DNA of 36,451 bases, taken from assembly GCF_006345805.1 (NCBI RefSeq), contig NW_021824690.1, positions 1 through 36,451 of the forward strand, written 5' to 3'. The position numbers and the translations under genes were made by a program. Below are positions 21,950-34,141 of the stretch, piece after piece; positions within the stretch are counted from its first letter, which is position 1; every line of letters starts with the position of its first letter. The DNA comes from Octopus sinensis. Its lineage: Eukaryota. The notes under the pieces were generated by a model. The model was not told the DNA's origin. It saw nothing but the letters and a program-made list of their open reading frames with translations, and did no database searches.

Positions 21950-22490
21950 ATTTAGTACTTATCAACCCCAAAAGGACGGAATGTAAAGTTCACCTCAGCA
22001 GAATTTTAACCCATAGCATAAGGATTAACGAAATGCCCCTAAGCAACTTGTCTGGTGTGCCAATGCCAGCTCACCACTTTTATAATGATAAAAATGGTTT
22101 CAAATTTTGCCATATGGGGAAGCAATTTTGGTGAAGGGATTAAGTCGATCCCCAGTGTGCAACTGGTACTTTATCAACCCCAAAACATTGAAAAGCAAAG
22201 TCAAACTTGGCAGAATTTGAACTCAGCATTCTGGACAAAATGCTTAGCAACATTTCATCTGTCTTCATGTTCTAACGATTCTACCAACTTGCCATTATAA
22301 GCATAAAAATAATTGTGGGAGAAGAGATTTGGTCAATTACATCGACCCCAGTGTTTGACTGGTACTTATTTTTATTAACTATAAAAGGATGAAAGGCAAA
22401 GTTGACCTTGGTGGTATTTGAACTCAGGACATAAAGACAGATGAAGCACTGCTAAGCATTTTTTCCAGCATTCTAACGATTCTGCCACAC
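21950..22490 (-). mobile_element. Cluster of three decayed family B SINE fragments
   Basis: Repeated GTACTT...ATC(A/G)ACCCC...AAAG...GAATTT(G/T)AAC motifs. Confidence 0.7.
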
Positions 22491-22698
22491 AATGTATACG
22501 GTGCTCAGGTGCATTGCAACTCATTGGAAAATGGTAAGAGAATGCAAATAGAAAGCCGCAATAAATCTCAAATAAAGCAAACCAGCAAAGACAACATGCA
22601 TAGTACATGTGTACTGACTGGCACTCTGTTGACTATGACAACGAGGGTTCCAGTTGATTCAATCAATAGATCAGCTTGCTCATGAAGTTAATGTGCAA

Positions 22699-23096
22699 TA
22701 GGCATAGGAGTGGCTGTGTTGTAAGTAGCTTGCTTACGAACCACATCGTTCTGAGTTCAGTCCCACTGTGTGGCATCTTGGGCAAGTGTCTTCTACTATA
22801 GCCTTGGGCCAACTAAAGCCTTGTGAGTGGATTTGGTAGACGGAAACTGAAAGAAGCCCATCATATGTATGTATATGTGTGTGTGTTTCCCCCCCCCACA
22901 CACACACACACCTCAACATCGCTTGAAAACCAATGCTGGTGTGTTTACGTCCCCATAACTTAGCGGTTCAGCAAAAAAGAGACCAATAGAATTAGTACTA
23001 GACTCACAAAGAATAAGTCCTGGGGTTGATTTGCTCAACTAAAGGCTGTGCTCCAGCATGGCCACAGTCACATGACTGAAGCAAGTAAAAGAGTAA
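22699..23096 (+). mobile_element. Full-length family A SINE nested in a family D SINE
   Basis: GGCATAGGAGTGGCTGTG ... GCAAGTAAAAGAGTAA. Confidence 0.9.
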
Positions 23097-23127
23097 GTGG
23101 CTGAGCACTCCACAGATATGCATACCC

Positions 23128-23355
23128 TTAACTCTTTAGCATTCAGATTATTCTGTCAAATCTAATGCTTATTTATTCACATTGTTATGAATTAATCATG
23201 CATTACGCCATAGCTTTGAAATTTCAATGATGTGATCATTTAGTTTCAGAATGACATTGCAGAGTACGTGTGACAGGTTGGATCTGGCCAATTTTAACAT
23301 AAAGCAGGTTGAATATTTGAGCTGGATATGGCCAGTTTAAATGCTAAGGGGTTAA
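23128..23355. mobile_element. piggyBac-type MITE (P2) with TTAA duplication
   Basis: TTAACTCTTTAGCATT ... AATGCTAAGGGGTTAA. Confidence 0.9.
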
Positions 23356-23984
23356 CATAGTTCTCAGGCAGATTCAGTATGACACAGAGTGTGACAAGGA
23401 CGATCCTTTGAAATACAGGTACTACTCATTTTTGCTAGCTGGGGGAACTGGAGCAACAGGAAATAAAGTGTCTTGCTCAAGGACAAAACATGCTGCCAGG
23501 AATTGAACTCACAACCTTACAATCATGAGTCAAACACTAACCACTAAGCCACATGTGTACTACACAGGATAAAAGACAAAAAGTGATTGATAAAAGAGTC
23601 ATAAAGAAGAAAGGATACATAAGCACATTTGTGGTGGTGGTGGTGGGTCCTGATAGCTGACAGCTGACCCTAGACAATATATTTTTATTTTGGGATCCTC
23701 TTCTGATTCTATTAAAAATTTCTATACAAGGCACAGGTGTGGCTGTGTGGTAAATATCCAGCCAAAATGTTCTACTTGTGTCATATTAAAAAAGCCAAAC
23801 TTAGCCTCTCACACCTACCCTAAAATGTCATTCTAAAACTAAACAATCACCACATTGAAATCTTAAAGCTATGAGATAATTTAAAGCAATGTGAAGAAAT
23901 AAGCATTACAGTTAATAGAGATACTCTCAATGCTAAAGGGTTGAAAAAAAAATATATTAATCTCCCAACAATTCTTTTGTTCTT

Positions 23985-24325
23985 TTACCTGTTTCAGTCA
24001 TTTGACTGCGGTCATGCTTGAGTACCACCATTCTTTGTAAGTCTAGTACTTATTCTATCAGTCACCCCGCTAAGTATGAGAATGTAAACACACCAACACT
24101 GGTTGTCAAATGGTGGTGGTGGGACAAACAGACACACAAATACATACATATATATATGTATGAATATATATATATATATATATATTATATTATATATATA
24201 ATATATATGATAGGCTTCTTTCAGTTTCCATCTACCAAATCCACTCACAAGGCTTTGGTCAGCCTGAGGCTATAGTAGAAGACGCCCAAGTGTCACACAG
24301 TGGACTGAACTTGGAACCATCTGGT
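23985..24325 (-). mobile_element. Family A SINE, internally deleted
   Basis: Family motifs; the diagnostic deletion GAAGACGCCCAAG is shared with 32840-32965. Confidence 0.8.
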
Positions 24326-25441
24326 TCTGTGCCAATATCATGTTATTAAAAATCTTATCCATAAGCATTTACCTACAACTATTATACATGTATTAGTGAC
24401 CTTCAATAATGTTGGATAATTAAAAAAATTAAAATTTTGATATGCTGGGTTATAAAGGTTTGCCAGCTCAGATTACACTTCCTGAAAATAGAAACCTAAT
24501 CTCTGTTGAATTTCAGTATTGATTTAAATAAAGGATTATAGTTGTGGAGAGTGGAATTCTGGATTCAGGAGAAAATGTAAAAATACAGAATCACCAGTTT
24601 TCTAGAATTCTTTTATCAGCACAAAAACCAAAGTGACAGCACCACACCCTCCATCCCACTCTCTCTCTCTCTCTAACTAACCTATTGTTTCTTCCTCACT
24701 CCCAGATGAAAAAAGCTTGAATTCTTCACTCCCCAAGGCAATTGAACCTTTTGAACTTTTTACTCCCCCACCACCACCAAAAAAGAAATGTCCACTTTTT
24801 TTTAAGTGGACCTGATATTCACAACTGTATGGTCTTTGATCAATAATTCTGTTGATCTTGAGCTGACCTACAGCTAAACAACAACAACAACAAATACAAT
24901 AACAACAACAGCAACAAAAGAATCTTCATCATCATCAGCAGCAGCAGCAGCAGCAACAACTGATAACAACAACAACATCAATAACAACAACAACACAACT
25001 GCTAGACTATGACAGGTAATCCAACATTTGGACCATCAACAATAACCATGAGAGCAACAACTAACAGAGGCCTTGTCTCATTCTGATGATGATGATGATG
25101 GTGATCATCATCAACAAATAACAAAACAAAAGCACCAGCAGAAACAAAAGATATCATCATCATCATTACCATAGTCGTCATCATCATCACCATCATCAAT
25201 CTTATCATCATCAACAACATCATCATCATCAACAACATCATCATCATCAACATCATCATCATCAACATCATCACCATCATCATCATTATCAACATCATCG
25301 TCAACATCATCACCATCATTATAATGATCATCATCATTATTGTCCTCACCACCATCATTATAACGATCATCATCATTGTTATCATCCTTATAATGATCAT
25401 CATGATCATGATCATCATGATCATGATCATCATCTATATGT

Positions 25442-25770
25442 TACTGGCACCCCATCAGTTATGACAAAAATGGTTCTAGTTGATCCAATCACTGCAAAAG
25501 CCTGCTCATGAAATTATCGTGCAAGTGGTTGAGTACTCCACAGATAAACGTACTCTTAAAAATAGTCCTCTGGGAGATTCAGTCTCACACAGGATGTGAC
25601 AAGGTTGGCTCTTTGAATTACAAGAACAACTCACTTTTGCCAGCTGAGTGGACTGGAGCAACATAAAATAAAGTTTCTTGCTCAAGGTCACAATGCACTG
25701 TTGGGAATTGGACTCATGACCTTAAGATTTTGGGTTAAATGCTCCTAACCATTAAGCCATGTGCCTTCAT
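25442..25770 (-). mobile_element. Family D SINE (mirror copy at ~31565-31890)
   Basis: Head GGCACATGGCTTAATGGTTAGGAGC...GAGTCCAATTCCC. Confidence 0.8.
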
Positions 25771-25924
25771 CTATAACAGTTATTCCCAAATTTTTTCAAG
25801 TGGCCTTCCCCTTGACACCCGGGCCACATTCCTAGCGCCCCAAAACCAACTAACCATCACAAATTTAAAGCAACAGTACAATATTTATATTCGACGGATA
25901 TTTGTCCTCATTTTGTTTGTTATT

Positions 25925-25970
25925 AACACAACGTTTCAGCTTATAAAATCTCCAGCCTTCATCAGGTATC
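25925..25970 (-). ncRNA. Minimal type I hammerhead, intact core
   Basis: GAUAC-CUGAUGA-A-GGCU...AGCU-GAAAC-GUU/GUGUU; loopless palindromic stem III (AACGUU). Confidence 0.7.
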
Positions 25971-26034
25971 TTGGGGAAATTTCAAACCTGGGTTCTCATT
26001 CCTAAGCTATTTTTCAATATTGTTATTATTATTA

Positions 26035-26083
<49 letters not shown>

Positions 26084-26215
26084 GGTTCACTGCCTTGAAC
26101 TGAACTCGGAATTTGGGGGATTCCAAGTTCAATTCCAGGCAGTCACCTGAATAATAATAATAATAACATGGAAAAATACCTTAGGAATGAGAACCCAGGT
26201 TTGCAATTTCCCCAA

Positions 26216-26261
26216 GATACCTGATGAAGGTTGGAGGGTATATCAGCCGAAACATTGCGTT
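26216..26261 (+). ncRNA. Minimal hammerhead, mutated at the cleavage triplet (GUU to AUU)
   Basis: GAUAC-CUGAUGA-A-GGUUG...CAGCC-GAAAC-AUU/GCGUU. Confidence 0.55.
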
Positions 26262-26879
26262 AACAAACAAGATGAGGACAAATATCCATCAAATGTAAAT
26301 AATGTAGACAATTCCTCATCTCTTAAATATAGAACTGTATTAAAGCAACTCTATTTAACAAATAAAACTTACCCTAATGAACCCATTATTTCATTGTTTT
26401 TACATGAATTGCTACCCCATTATTACCCCACCTTTTACGTGAATCACTAACCCATTATTACCCCACTTTTCTTCAATGCCCCCTTGGAACTTTCCACTGG
26501 CCCCAGATGGAGTGGGCAATACTGCCCACTCTGGGAACCACTGATCTATAGCCACAGCAGCAAGCAATGACAACAGAGGCCTCATCATCATCATCCTCAT
26601 AAGCATCATCATCATCATCATCATCAAATGACAAAAACAACAACAGCAATAACAACAACTAAATCATATACCATGTTAGCTACCTCCTAGTCACTACTCC
26701 AATATTTGTTATCCATTTCTAATGAAAAAATGGTGCCAAACATGCTGCCTAATTAAGACTAGAAATCTAAAATCTTTTTAATATGTAAGCAAACACAAGA
26801 AAAATTATATATTATTTATATTATTATTTGATTGAACGCCATGCATCCCCATTTCCAGTAAGCTTTTATATATGTGTGG

Positions 26880-27095
26880 TGAGTGTGTGGTGTGTGTGCG
26901 TCTGTCCTCCATCACACCTTAACAACTTGGTGTTTTTATGTCCCTGTGTAGCGGTTCAGCAAAAAGAGACTGATAGAATAAGTAAGACTTTAAAAAAACA
27001 GTCCTGGGGGTCAATTTGTTCAACTAAATCCCTTCAAGGCACTGCCCCAGCATGACCATAGTGAAAATGACTGAAGCAAGTAAAAGAAAACAGTT
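26880..27095 (+). mobile_element. Family A SINE 3' half (mirror at ~30235-30450)
   Basis: Family motifs GATAGAATAAG...CCAGCATGACC...GACTGAAGCAAGTAAAAGA. Confidence 0.8.
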
Positions 27096-28509
27096 GAAAG
27101 ACTCTGGACATTTTCTTCTGTATTTCTTCATCCCACCAAATATTATGTTGAAATGATTATCTCCCTTTACACTGAATGACTAAACCATTTGTATTGTTAG
27201 ATGTACTCAATATGGGTTACCAAAGAGTACAATAAACACCTAACCACTGGAGTTTTCCTCGCATTTTGGCTGTCAGGTTGTTGTTGTTGTTGTTTTTGTT
27301 GGTGGTGCTGGCAGTAGTAGAGGTTGTGGTTGTGGCAATGGTGGAGGGTGTGGTTGCAGCAGGGGCATGGCAGTGGTAGTGGTGGTGATAATAATAAAGA
27401 TTATATGGTGGCAGTAACGGTGGTGTTAGTGGTGTGATGATGCTAGCAGTAGTGATGGTCGTGGTAGTGGTGTGGTGGGGGGTAGTGATGGTGGTGGTGA
27501 TTATGGTGTTGGTGATGGTGATGGTGATGTTGTTGGGGGTGTTGGTGGTGGTGATAGTGGTGTTGATGGTTGTGGTGGTGGTAGCAGCAGCAGTAACAGT
27601 AGTGCTGCTGCTGCTAAAGCCCCAGCTTGGCCGTAATACAGCACATTCTGGAAAAGCAAAGATGTTCCAACACTCAACTCAACGGTGACCGTCTCATTTA
27701 TTTTGTTTCCTCGGCATAGTGTACCTAGGACTACATTATTCAATGCATCTTCTTCTTTGTTAAATTGTGATTTAACAAAGAGATTTATTTGTTAGCAATT
27801 TGTAGCAAATCAACAAATTGTAAAGATTTTTATTCTCATTAATCCACCAGACGCATCTTCATAGATCTTCTGCCATACATCCATCTAATACCAAAGGTTA
27901 CGTAAGAAGATTCTTGTCATTTTGTCTGTCTGTCTGTCTGTGCAACTCAGTCTCTGTGTGTGTGTGTGTGTGTGAGTGTGTGTTAACACACACAAACACA
28001 TTCACACATTCATACACACTTTTACATTCATTCATTCATTCACACACATACACACACATGCATCTGTAGACGCACACATACACACACATTCATACACATA
28101 TATATACCTTCATTCATCCATTCACACATGCATCCATAGACACACACACATTCATACAGACACACACATACACACATGCATTCATACACATATTTACTTT
28201 GATACGCATGTATACATGCACACAAAAGCAGTTGTACACAAATTAACACTTGTGCACACACACACACACACACACACATTGATTCCTTGCATCAATAGTG
28301 AAAGAGATTTGGTAATATATAAGTTTGACACTTCTGTCAAAAGTCATGAAAAGAACATGAAACTGCTTTGACCAAGAACGGTGTGTTGTGTGTGTGTTGT
28401 GTGCACACATATATGTGTGTATGTGCCTTTGTTAGGATACATGTAGGTGTCTGTGTGTGCATTACTGTGTACGTAGGTGCATATGCATGTTGTATAAACA
28501 TGTGTGTCT

Positions 28510-28690
28510 ATTTGTATATACACAAATATGAGTGTTTCTGTGTTAAGAAACTTGCTTCCCATCCACATGGTTCCGGGTTCAGTTCCATTATGTGACACCT
28601 TGCGAAAGTGTCTTCTGCTGTAGCCTCAGGCCGACCAAAGCCTTGTGAGTGGATATGGTAGATTGAATTGAAAGAAGCCTGTTGTGTATG
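28510..28690 (+). mobile_element. Family A SINE 5' half in the inverted-duplication spacer
   Basis: CCACATGGTTCCGGGTTCAGTTCC...TTGTGAGTGGAT. Confidence 0.75.
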
Positions 28691-28700
28691 TAATATATAT

Positions 28701-28732
<32 letters not shown>

Positions 28733-28734
28733 AT

Positions 28735-28918
28735 ACACAAAAATAAAGGGTAAAATCAATTAATTATTAATTAATTTCACCAAGTAGTGTTCAGTATGTA
28801 AAAGGACCATTCAAGGCATATTCAAAATATTACGTTATATAATTAGGGCTCAGTAAAATAATTTACTTTGCCACATACTGAAATTTTTAGAAATAGCAGC
28901 CAAAAAGTTTTTTTAGCC
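28735..28918 (-). mobile_element. Inverted fragment of the 34142-34965 HHR element
   Basis: Near-exact reverse complement of ~34300-34480. Confidence 0.9.
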
Positions 28919-31078
28919 ACAGAAGTGTCAAACTTATATGTTACCATATCTCTTTCACTATTAATGCAAGGAATCAATGTGTGTGTGTGTGTGTGTGTGT
29001 GCACAAGTGTTAATTGGTGTACGACTGCTTTTGTGTGTATGTATGCATGCGTATCGAAGTAAATATGTGTATGAATGCATGTGTGTATGTGTGTGTATGT
29101 GTGTGTATGTATGAATGTGTGTGTGTGTCTATGGATGCATGTGTCTATGGATGAATGAAGGTATATATATGTGTATGAATGTGTGTGTATGTGTGCGTCT
29201 ACAGATGCATGTGTGTGAATGAATGAGTGTAAAAGTGTGTATGAATGTGTGAATGTGTTTATGTGTGTTAACACACACACACACACACACACACACAGAC
29301 TGAGTTGCACAGACAGACAGACAGACAGACAAGAATCTTCTTACGTAACCTTTGGTATTAGATGGATGTATGGCAGAAGATCTATGAAGATGCGTCTGGT
29401 GGATTAATGAGAATAAAAATCTTTACAATTTGTTGATTTGCTACAAATTGCTAACAAATAAATCTCTTTGTTAAATCACAATTTAACAAAGAAGAAGATG
29501 CATTGAATAATGTAGTCCTAGGTACACTATGCCAAGGAAACAAAATAAATGAGACGGTCACCATTGAGTTGAGTGTTGGAACATCTTTGCTTTTCCAGAA
29601 TGTGCTGTATTACGGCCAAGCTGGGGCTTTAGCAGCAGCAGCAGCAGCTCTACCGTTACTGCTGCTGCTGCTACCACCACCACAACCATCAACACCATTA
29701 TCACCACCATCACCACCACCAACACCAACAACACCAACAACATCACCATCACCACATACAACATCAATGCCAACAACATCACCATCACTACCTCCCACCA
29801 CACCACTACCACCACCACCACTACCACTACTGCTAGCATCATCACTACCACTAACACCATCGTTACTGCCACCATATAATCTTTATCATTATCACCACCA
29901 CTACCACTGCTACACCCCTGCTGCAACCACACCCTCCACCATTGCCACAACCACAACCTCTACTACTGCCATCACCACCAACAAAAACAACAACAACAAC
30001 CTGACAGCCAAAATGTGAGGAAAACTCCAGTCGTTAAGTGTTTATTGTACTCTTTGGTAACCCATACTGAGTACATCTAACAATACAAATGGTTTATGGA
30101 TTTATGGAATTCAATGTACTTCAATTTCTGGTCAATGATCTTCCCTGGTAGTCATTCAGTGTAAAGGGAGATAATCATTTCAACATAATATTTGGTGGGA
30201 TGAAGAAATACAGAAGAAAATGTCTAGAGTATTTCAACTGTTTTCTTTTACTTGCTTCAGTCATTTTCACTATGGTCATGCTGGGGCAGTGCCTTGAAGG
30301 GATTTAGTTGAACAAATTGACCCCCAGGACTGTTTTTTTAAAGTCTTACTTATTCTATCAGTCTCTTTTTGCTGAACCGCTAAGTTACAGGGACATAAAC
30401 ACACCAAGTTGTTAAGGTGTGATGGAGGACAGACACACACACACACACATACACACATATATAAAAGCTTACTTGGAAATGGGGATGCATGGCGTTCAAT
30501 CAAATAATAATATAAATAATATATAATTTTTCTTGTTTTGCTTACATATTAAAAAAGATTTTAAGATTTCTAGTCTTAATTAGGCAGCCATGTTTGGCAC
30601 CATTTTATTCTCATTAGAAATGGATAACAAATATTGGAGTAGTGACTAGGAGGTAGCTAACATGGTATATGATTTAGTTGTTGTTATTGCTGTTGTTGTT
30701 TTTGTCATTTGATGATGATGATGATGATGATGCTTATGAGGATGATGATGATGAGGCCTCTGTTGTCATTGCTTGCTGCTGTGGCTATAGATCAGTGGTT
30801 CCCAGAGTGGGCAGTATTGCCCACTCCATCTGGGGCCAGTGGAAAGTTCCAAGGGGGCATTGAAGAAAAGTGGGGTAATAATGGTTTAGTGATTCACGTA
30901 AAAGGTGGGGTAATAATGGGGCAACAATTCGTGTAAAAACAACAAAATAATGGGTTCATTAGTTTTAAGTTTTATTTGTGAAATACAGTTGCTTAAATAC
31001 TGTTCTATATTTAAGAGATGAGGAATTGTTTACATTATTTACATTTGATGGATATTTGTCCTCATCTTGTTTGTTGTT

Positions 31079-31124
31079 AACGCAATGTTTCGGCTAATAT
31101 ACCCTCCAACCTTCATCAGGTATC
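31079..31124 (-). ncRNA. Minimal hammerhead, AUU variant (mirror of 26216)
   Basis: Reverse complement of the 26216-26261 motif. Confidence 0.55.
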
Positions 31125-31259
31125 TTGGGGAAATTTCAAACCTGGGTTCTCATTCCTAAGGTATTTTTCCATGTTATTATTATTATTATTATTCAGGTGA
31201 CTGTCTGGAATTGAACTTGGAATCCCCCAAATTCTGAGTTCAGTTCCAGGCAGTGACCC

Positions 31260-31315
<56 letters not shown>

Positions 31316-31362
31316 TTGAAAAATAGCTTAGGAATGAGAACCCAGGTTTGAAATTTCCCCAA

Positions 31363-31408
31363 GATACCTGATGAAGGCTGGAGATTTTATAAGCCGAAAC
31401 GTTGTGTT
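31363..31408 (+). ncRNA. Minimal type I hammerhead, intact core
   Basis: GAUAC-CUGAUGA-A-GGCU-loop-AGCC-GAAAC-GUU/GUGUU; predicted cut after 31403. Confidence 0.75.
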
Positions 31409-32249
31409 AATAACAAACAAGATGAGGACAAATATCCGTCGAATATAAATATTGTACTGTTGCTTTAAATTTGTGATGGTTAGTTGGTTTTGGGGCGCTA
31501 GGAATGTGGCCTGGGTGTCAAGGGGAAGACCACCTGAAAAAATTTGGGAATAACTGTTATAGATGAAGGCACATGGCTTAATGGTTAGGAGCATTTAGCC
31601 CATAATCCTAAAGTCATGAGTTCAATTCCCAACAGTGCATTGTGACCTTGAGCAAGAAACTTTATTTTATGTTGCTCCAGTCCACTCAGCTGGCAAAAGT
31701 GAGTTGTTCCTGTAATTCAAAGAGCCAACCTTGTCACATCCTGTGTGAGACTGAATCTCCCAGAGGACTATGTTAAGAGTACGTTTGTCTGTGGAGTACC
31801 CAACCACTTTCACGTTAATTTCATGAGCAGGCATTTCCAGTGATTGGATCAACTGGAACCATTTTTGTCATAACTGACAGTGCCAGTAACGCATAGATGA
31901 TGACAATGATGATGATCATTATAGTGATGGTGATGGTGATGATGATGATATCCACTATGGTGATGATGATGATATCCACTATGGTGATGATGATGATGAT
32001 GATGATATCTCTGTTTTTGCTGGTGTTTTTTTGTTATTTGTTGATGATGATCACCATCATCATCATCATCAGAATGAGACAAGGCCTCTGTTAGTTGTTG
32101 CTCTCATGGTTATTGTTGATGGTCCAAATGTTGGATTACCTGTCATAGTCTAGCAGTTGTGTTGTTGTTGTTATTGATGTTGTTGTTGTTATTAGTTGTT
32201 GCTGCTGAAGAGGAGAAGGATTCTTTTGTTGCTGTTGTTGTTATTGCAT

Positions 32250-32280
<31 letters not shown>

Positions 32281-32480
32281 GCTCCAGGTCAGATCAAGAT
32301 CAACAGAATTATTGATCAAAGACCATACAGCTGGGAATATCAGGTCCACTTAAAAATAAAGTGGACATTTCTTTTTTGGTGGTGGTGGGGGAGTAAAAAG
32401 TTCAAAAGGTTCAATTGCCTTGGGGAGTGAAGAATTCAAGCTTTTTTCATCTGGGAGTGAGGAAGAAACAATAGGTTAGT

Positions 32481-32515
<35 letters not shown>

Positions 32516-33081
32516 ATGGAGGGTGTGGTGCTGTCACTTTGGTTTTTGTGCTGATAAAAGAATTCTAGAAAACTGGTGATTCTGTATTTTTACACTTTTT
32601 CCTGAATCCAGAATTCCACTCTCCACAACTATAATCCTTTATTTAAATCAGTAGTGAAATTCAACAGAGATTAGGTTTCTATTTTCAGGAAGTGTAAATC
32701 TGAGCTGGCAAACCTTTATAACCCAGCATATCCAAATTTTAATTTCTTTAATAATCCAACATTATTGAAGTGTCACTGATACATGTATAGTAGTTGTAGG
32801 TAAATGCTTATGGATAAGATTTTTATAACATGATATTGGCACACAACCAGATGGTTCCAAGTTCAGTCCCACTGTGTGACACCTTGGGCGTCTTCTACTA
32901 TAGCCTCAGGCTGACCAAAGCCTTGTGAGTGGATTTGGTAGATGGAAACTGAAAGAAGCCCGTCATATATATATATATAAATATACATATATACGACGGG
33001 CTTCTTTCAGTTTCCATCAACCAAATCCAATAACAAGGCTTCGGTCGGCCTGAGGCTATAGTAGAAGACACTTGCCCAAGT

Positions 33082-33361
33082 TGCCATGCAGTCGGACTGA
33101 ACCCAGAACCATGTGGTTCGTAAGCAAGCTACTTACCATACAGCCACTCCTATGCCTAATGTGTAAATATTTCAAAACATTGTGAGTAAATAAGCATTGC
33201 ATTTGACTGAGTAACCTGAATGCTAAAGAGTTAAACCAGCCATATCTGACATTTCATACCTATCCTACAATGTCATTCTAAGAATAAGCAATCACATCAT
33301 CAAAATCTCAAAGCTACGAGATAATGCATGATTAATTCCAGTGATGTGAATAAATAATTAC

Positions 33362-33420
<59 letters not shown>

Positions 33421-33773
33421 GTGTGTGTGTGTTGTGTATGTGTGTGTGTTTATATGTTTGTGTATCTGTGTTTGTTCCCATACAAACATTTCAACCTCCA
33501 GAATTATTCTTTGTAAGTCTAGTACTTATTCTATCAGTCACTTTTGCCAAACCGCTAAGTTATGAGAATGTTATGTTTACGTTCTCATAACTTAGCGGTT
33601 TGGCAAAAGTGACTGATAGAATAAGTACTAGACTTACAAAGAATAATTCTGGAGGTTGAACTGTTTGTATGGGAACAAACACAGATACACAAACATATAA
33701 ACACACACATACACACACACACACACACCACCACCACCACCACCACCACCACCCCACCACCACCACCACCACC

Positions 33774-33861
<88 letters not shown>

Positions 33862-34140
33862 GTAATTATTTATTCACATCACTGGAATTAATCATGCATT
33901 ATCTCGTAGCTTTGAGATTTTGATGATGTGATTGCTATTCTTAGAATGACATTGTAGGGTAGGTATGAAATGTCAGATATGGCTGGTTTAACTCTTTAGC
34001 ATTCAGGTTACTCAGTCAAATGCAATGCTTATTTACTCACAATGTTTTGAAATAATTACACATTAGGCATAGGAGTGGCTGTGTGGTAAGTAACTTGCTT
34101 ACGAACCACATGGTTCTGGGTTCAGTCCCACTGCATGGCA
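33082..34140. repeat. ~1.06-kb near-perfect palindrome with a 7-nt loop (33572-33578)
   Basis: SINE head, P2 MITE, microsatellite and SINE pieces are all mirrored; few mismatches. Confidence 0.95.
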
Positions 34141-34141
34141 G

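Larger units (their letters stand above)
22614..23556 (-). mobile_element. tRNA-derived SINE (family D, GTGTCCTTGAGCAAGACAC core) interrupted by two insertions
   Basis: Colinear with the uninterrupted copy at 25442-25770 once 22699-23096 and 23128-23355 are removed. Confidence 0.8.
25880..26340. mobile_element. Head-to-head pair of tRNA-3'-half/(AAT)n/HHR elements (mirror at ~30990-31460)
   Basis: Diverging from ~26118: GATTCCAAGTTCAATTCCAGGCAGTCACCTG(AAT)n...CCCCAAGATACCTGATGA...; the same sequence is inverted to the left. Confidence 0.8.
24200..28337 (+). repeat. Left arm of a ~4.1-kb inverted segmental duplication
   Basis: Colinear reverse complement of 28919-32975; about 13 differences in ~290 bp sampled by eye (~95% identity). 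Confidence 0.95.
28919..32975 (-). repeat. Right arm of the inverted segmental duplication
   Basis: See left arm; has a private 54-bp insert at 30096-30149 and shorter ATC tracts. Confidence 0.95.

Noticed and set aside
29503-30018. 171-aa ORF with a unique N-terminus and Pro/Thr-rich tail
   Set aside because: The tail is CCA/CAA microsatellite, upstream in-frame stops are present, and the mirrored copy is truncated to 80 aa.
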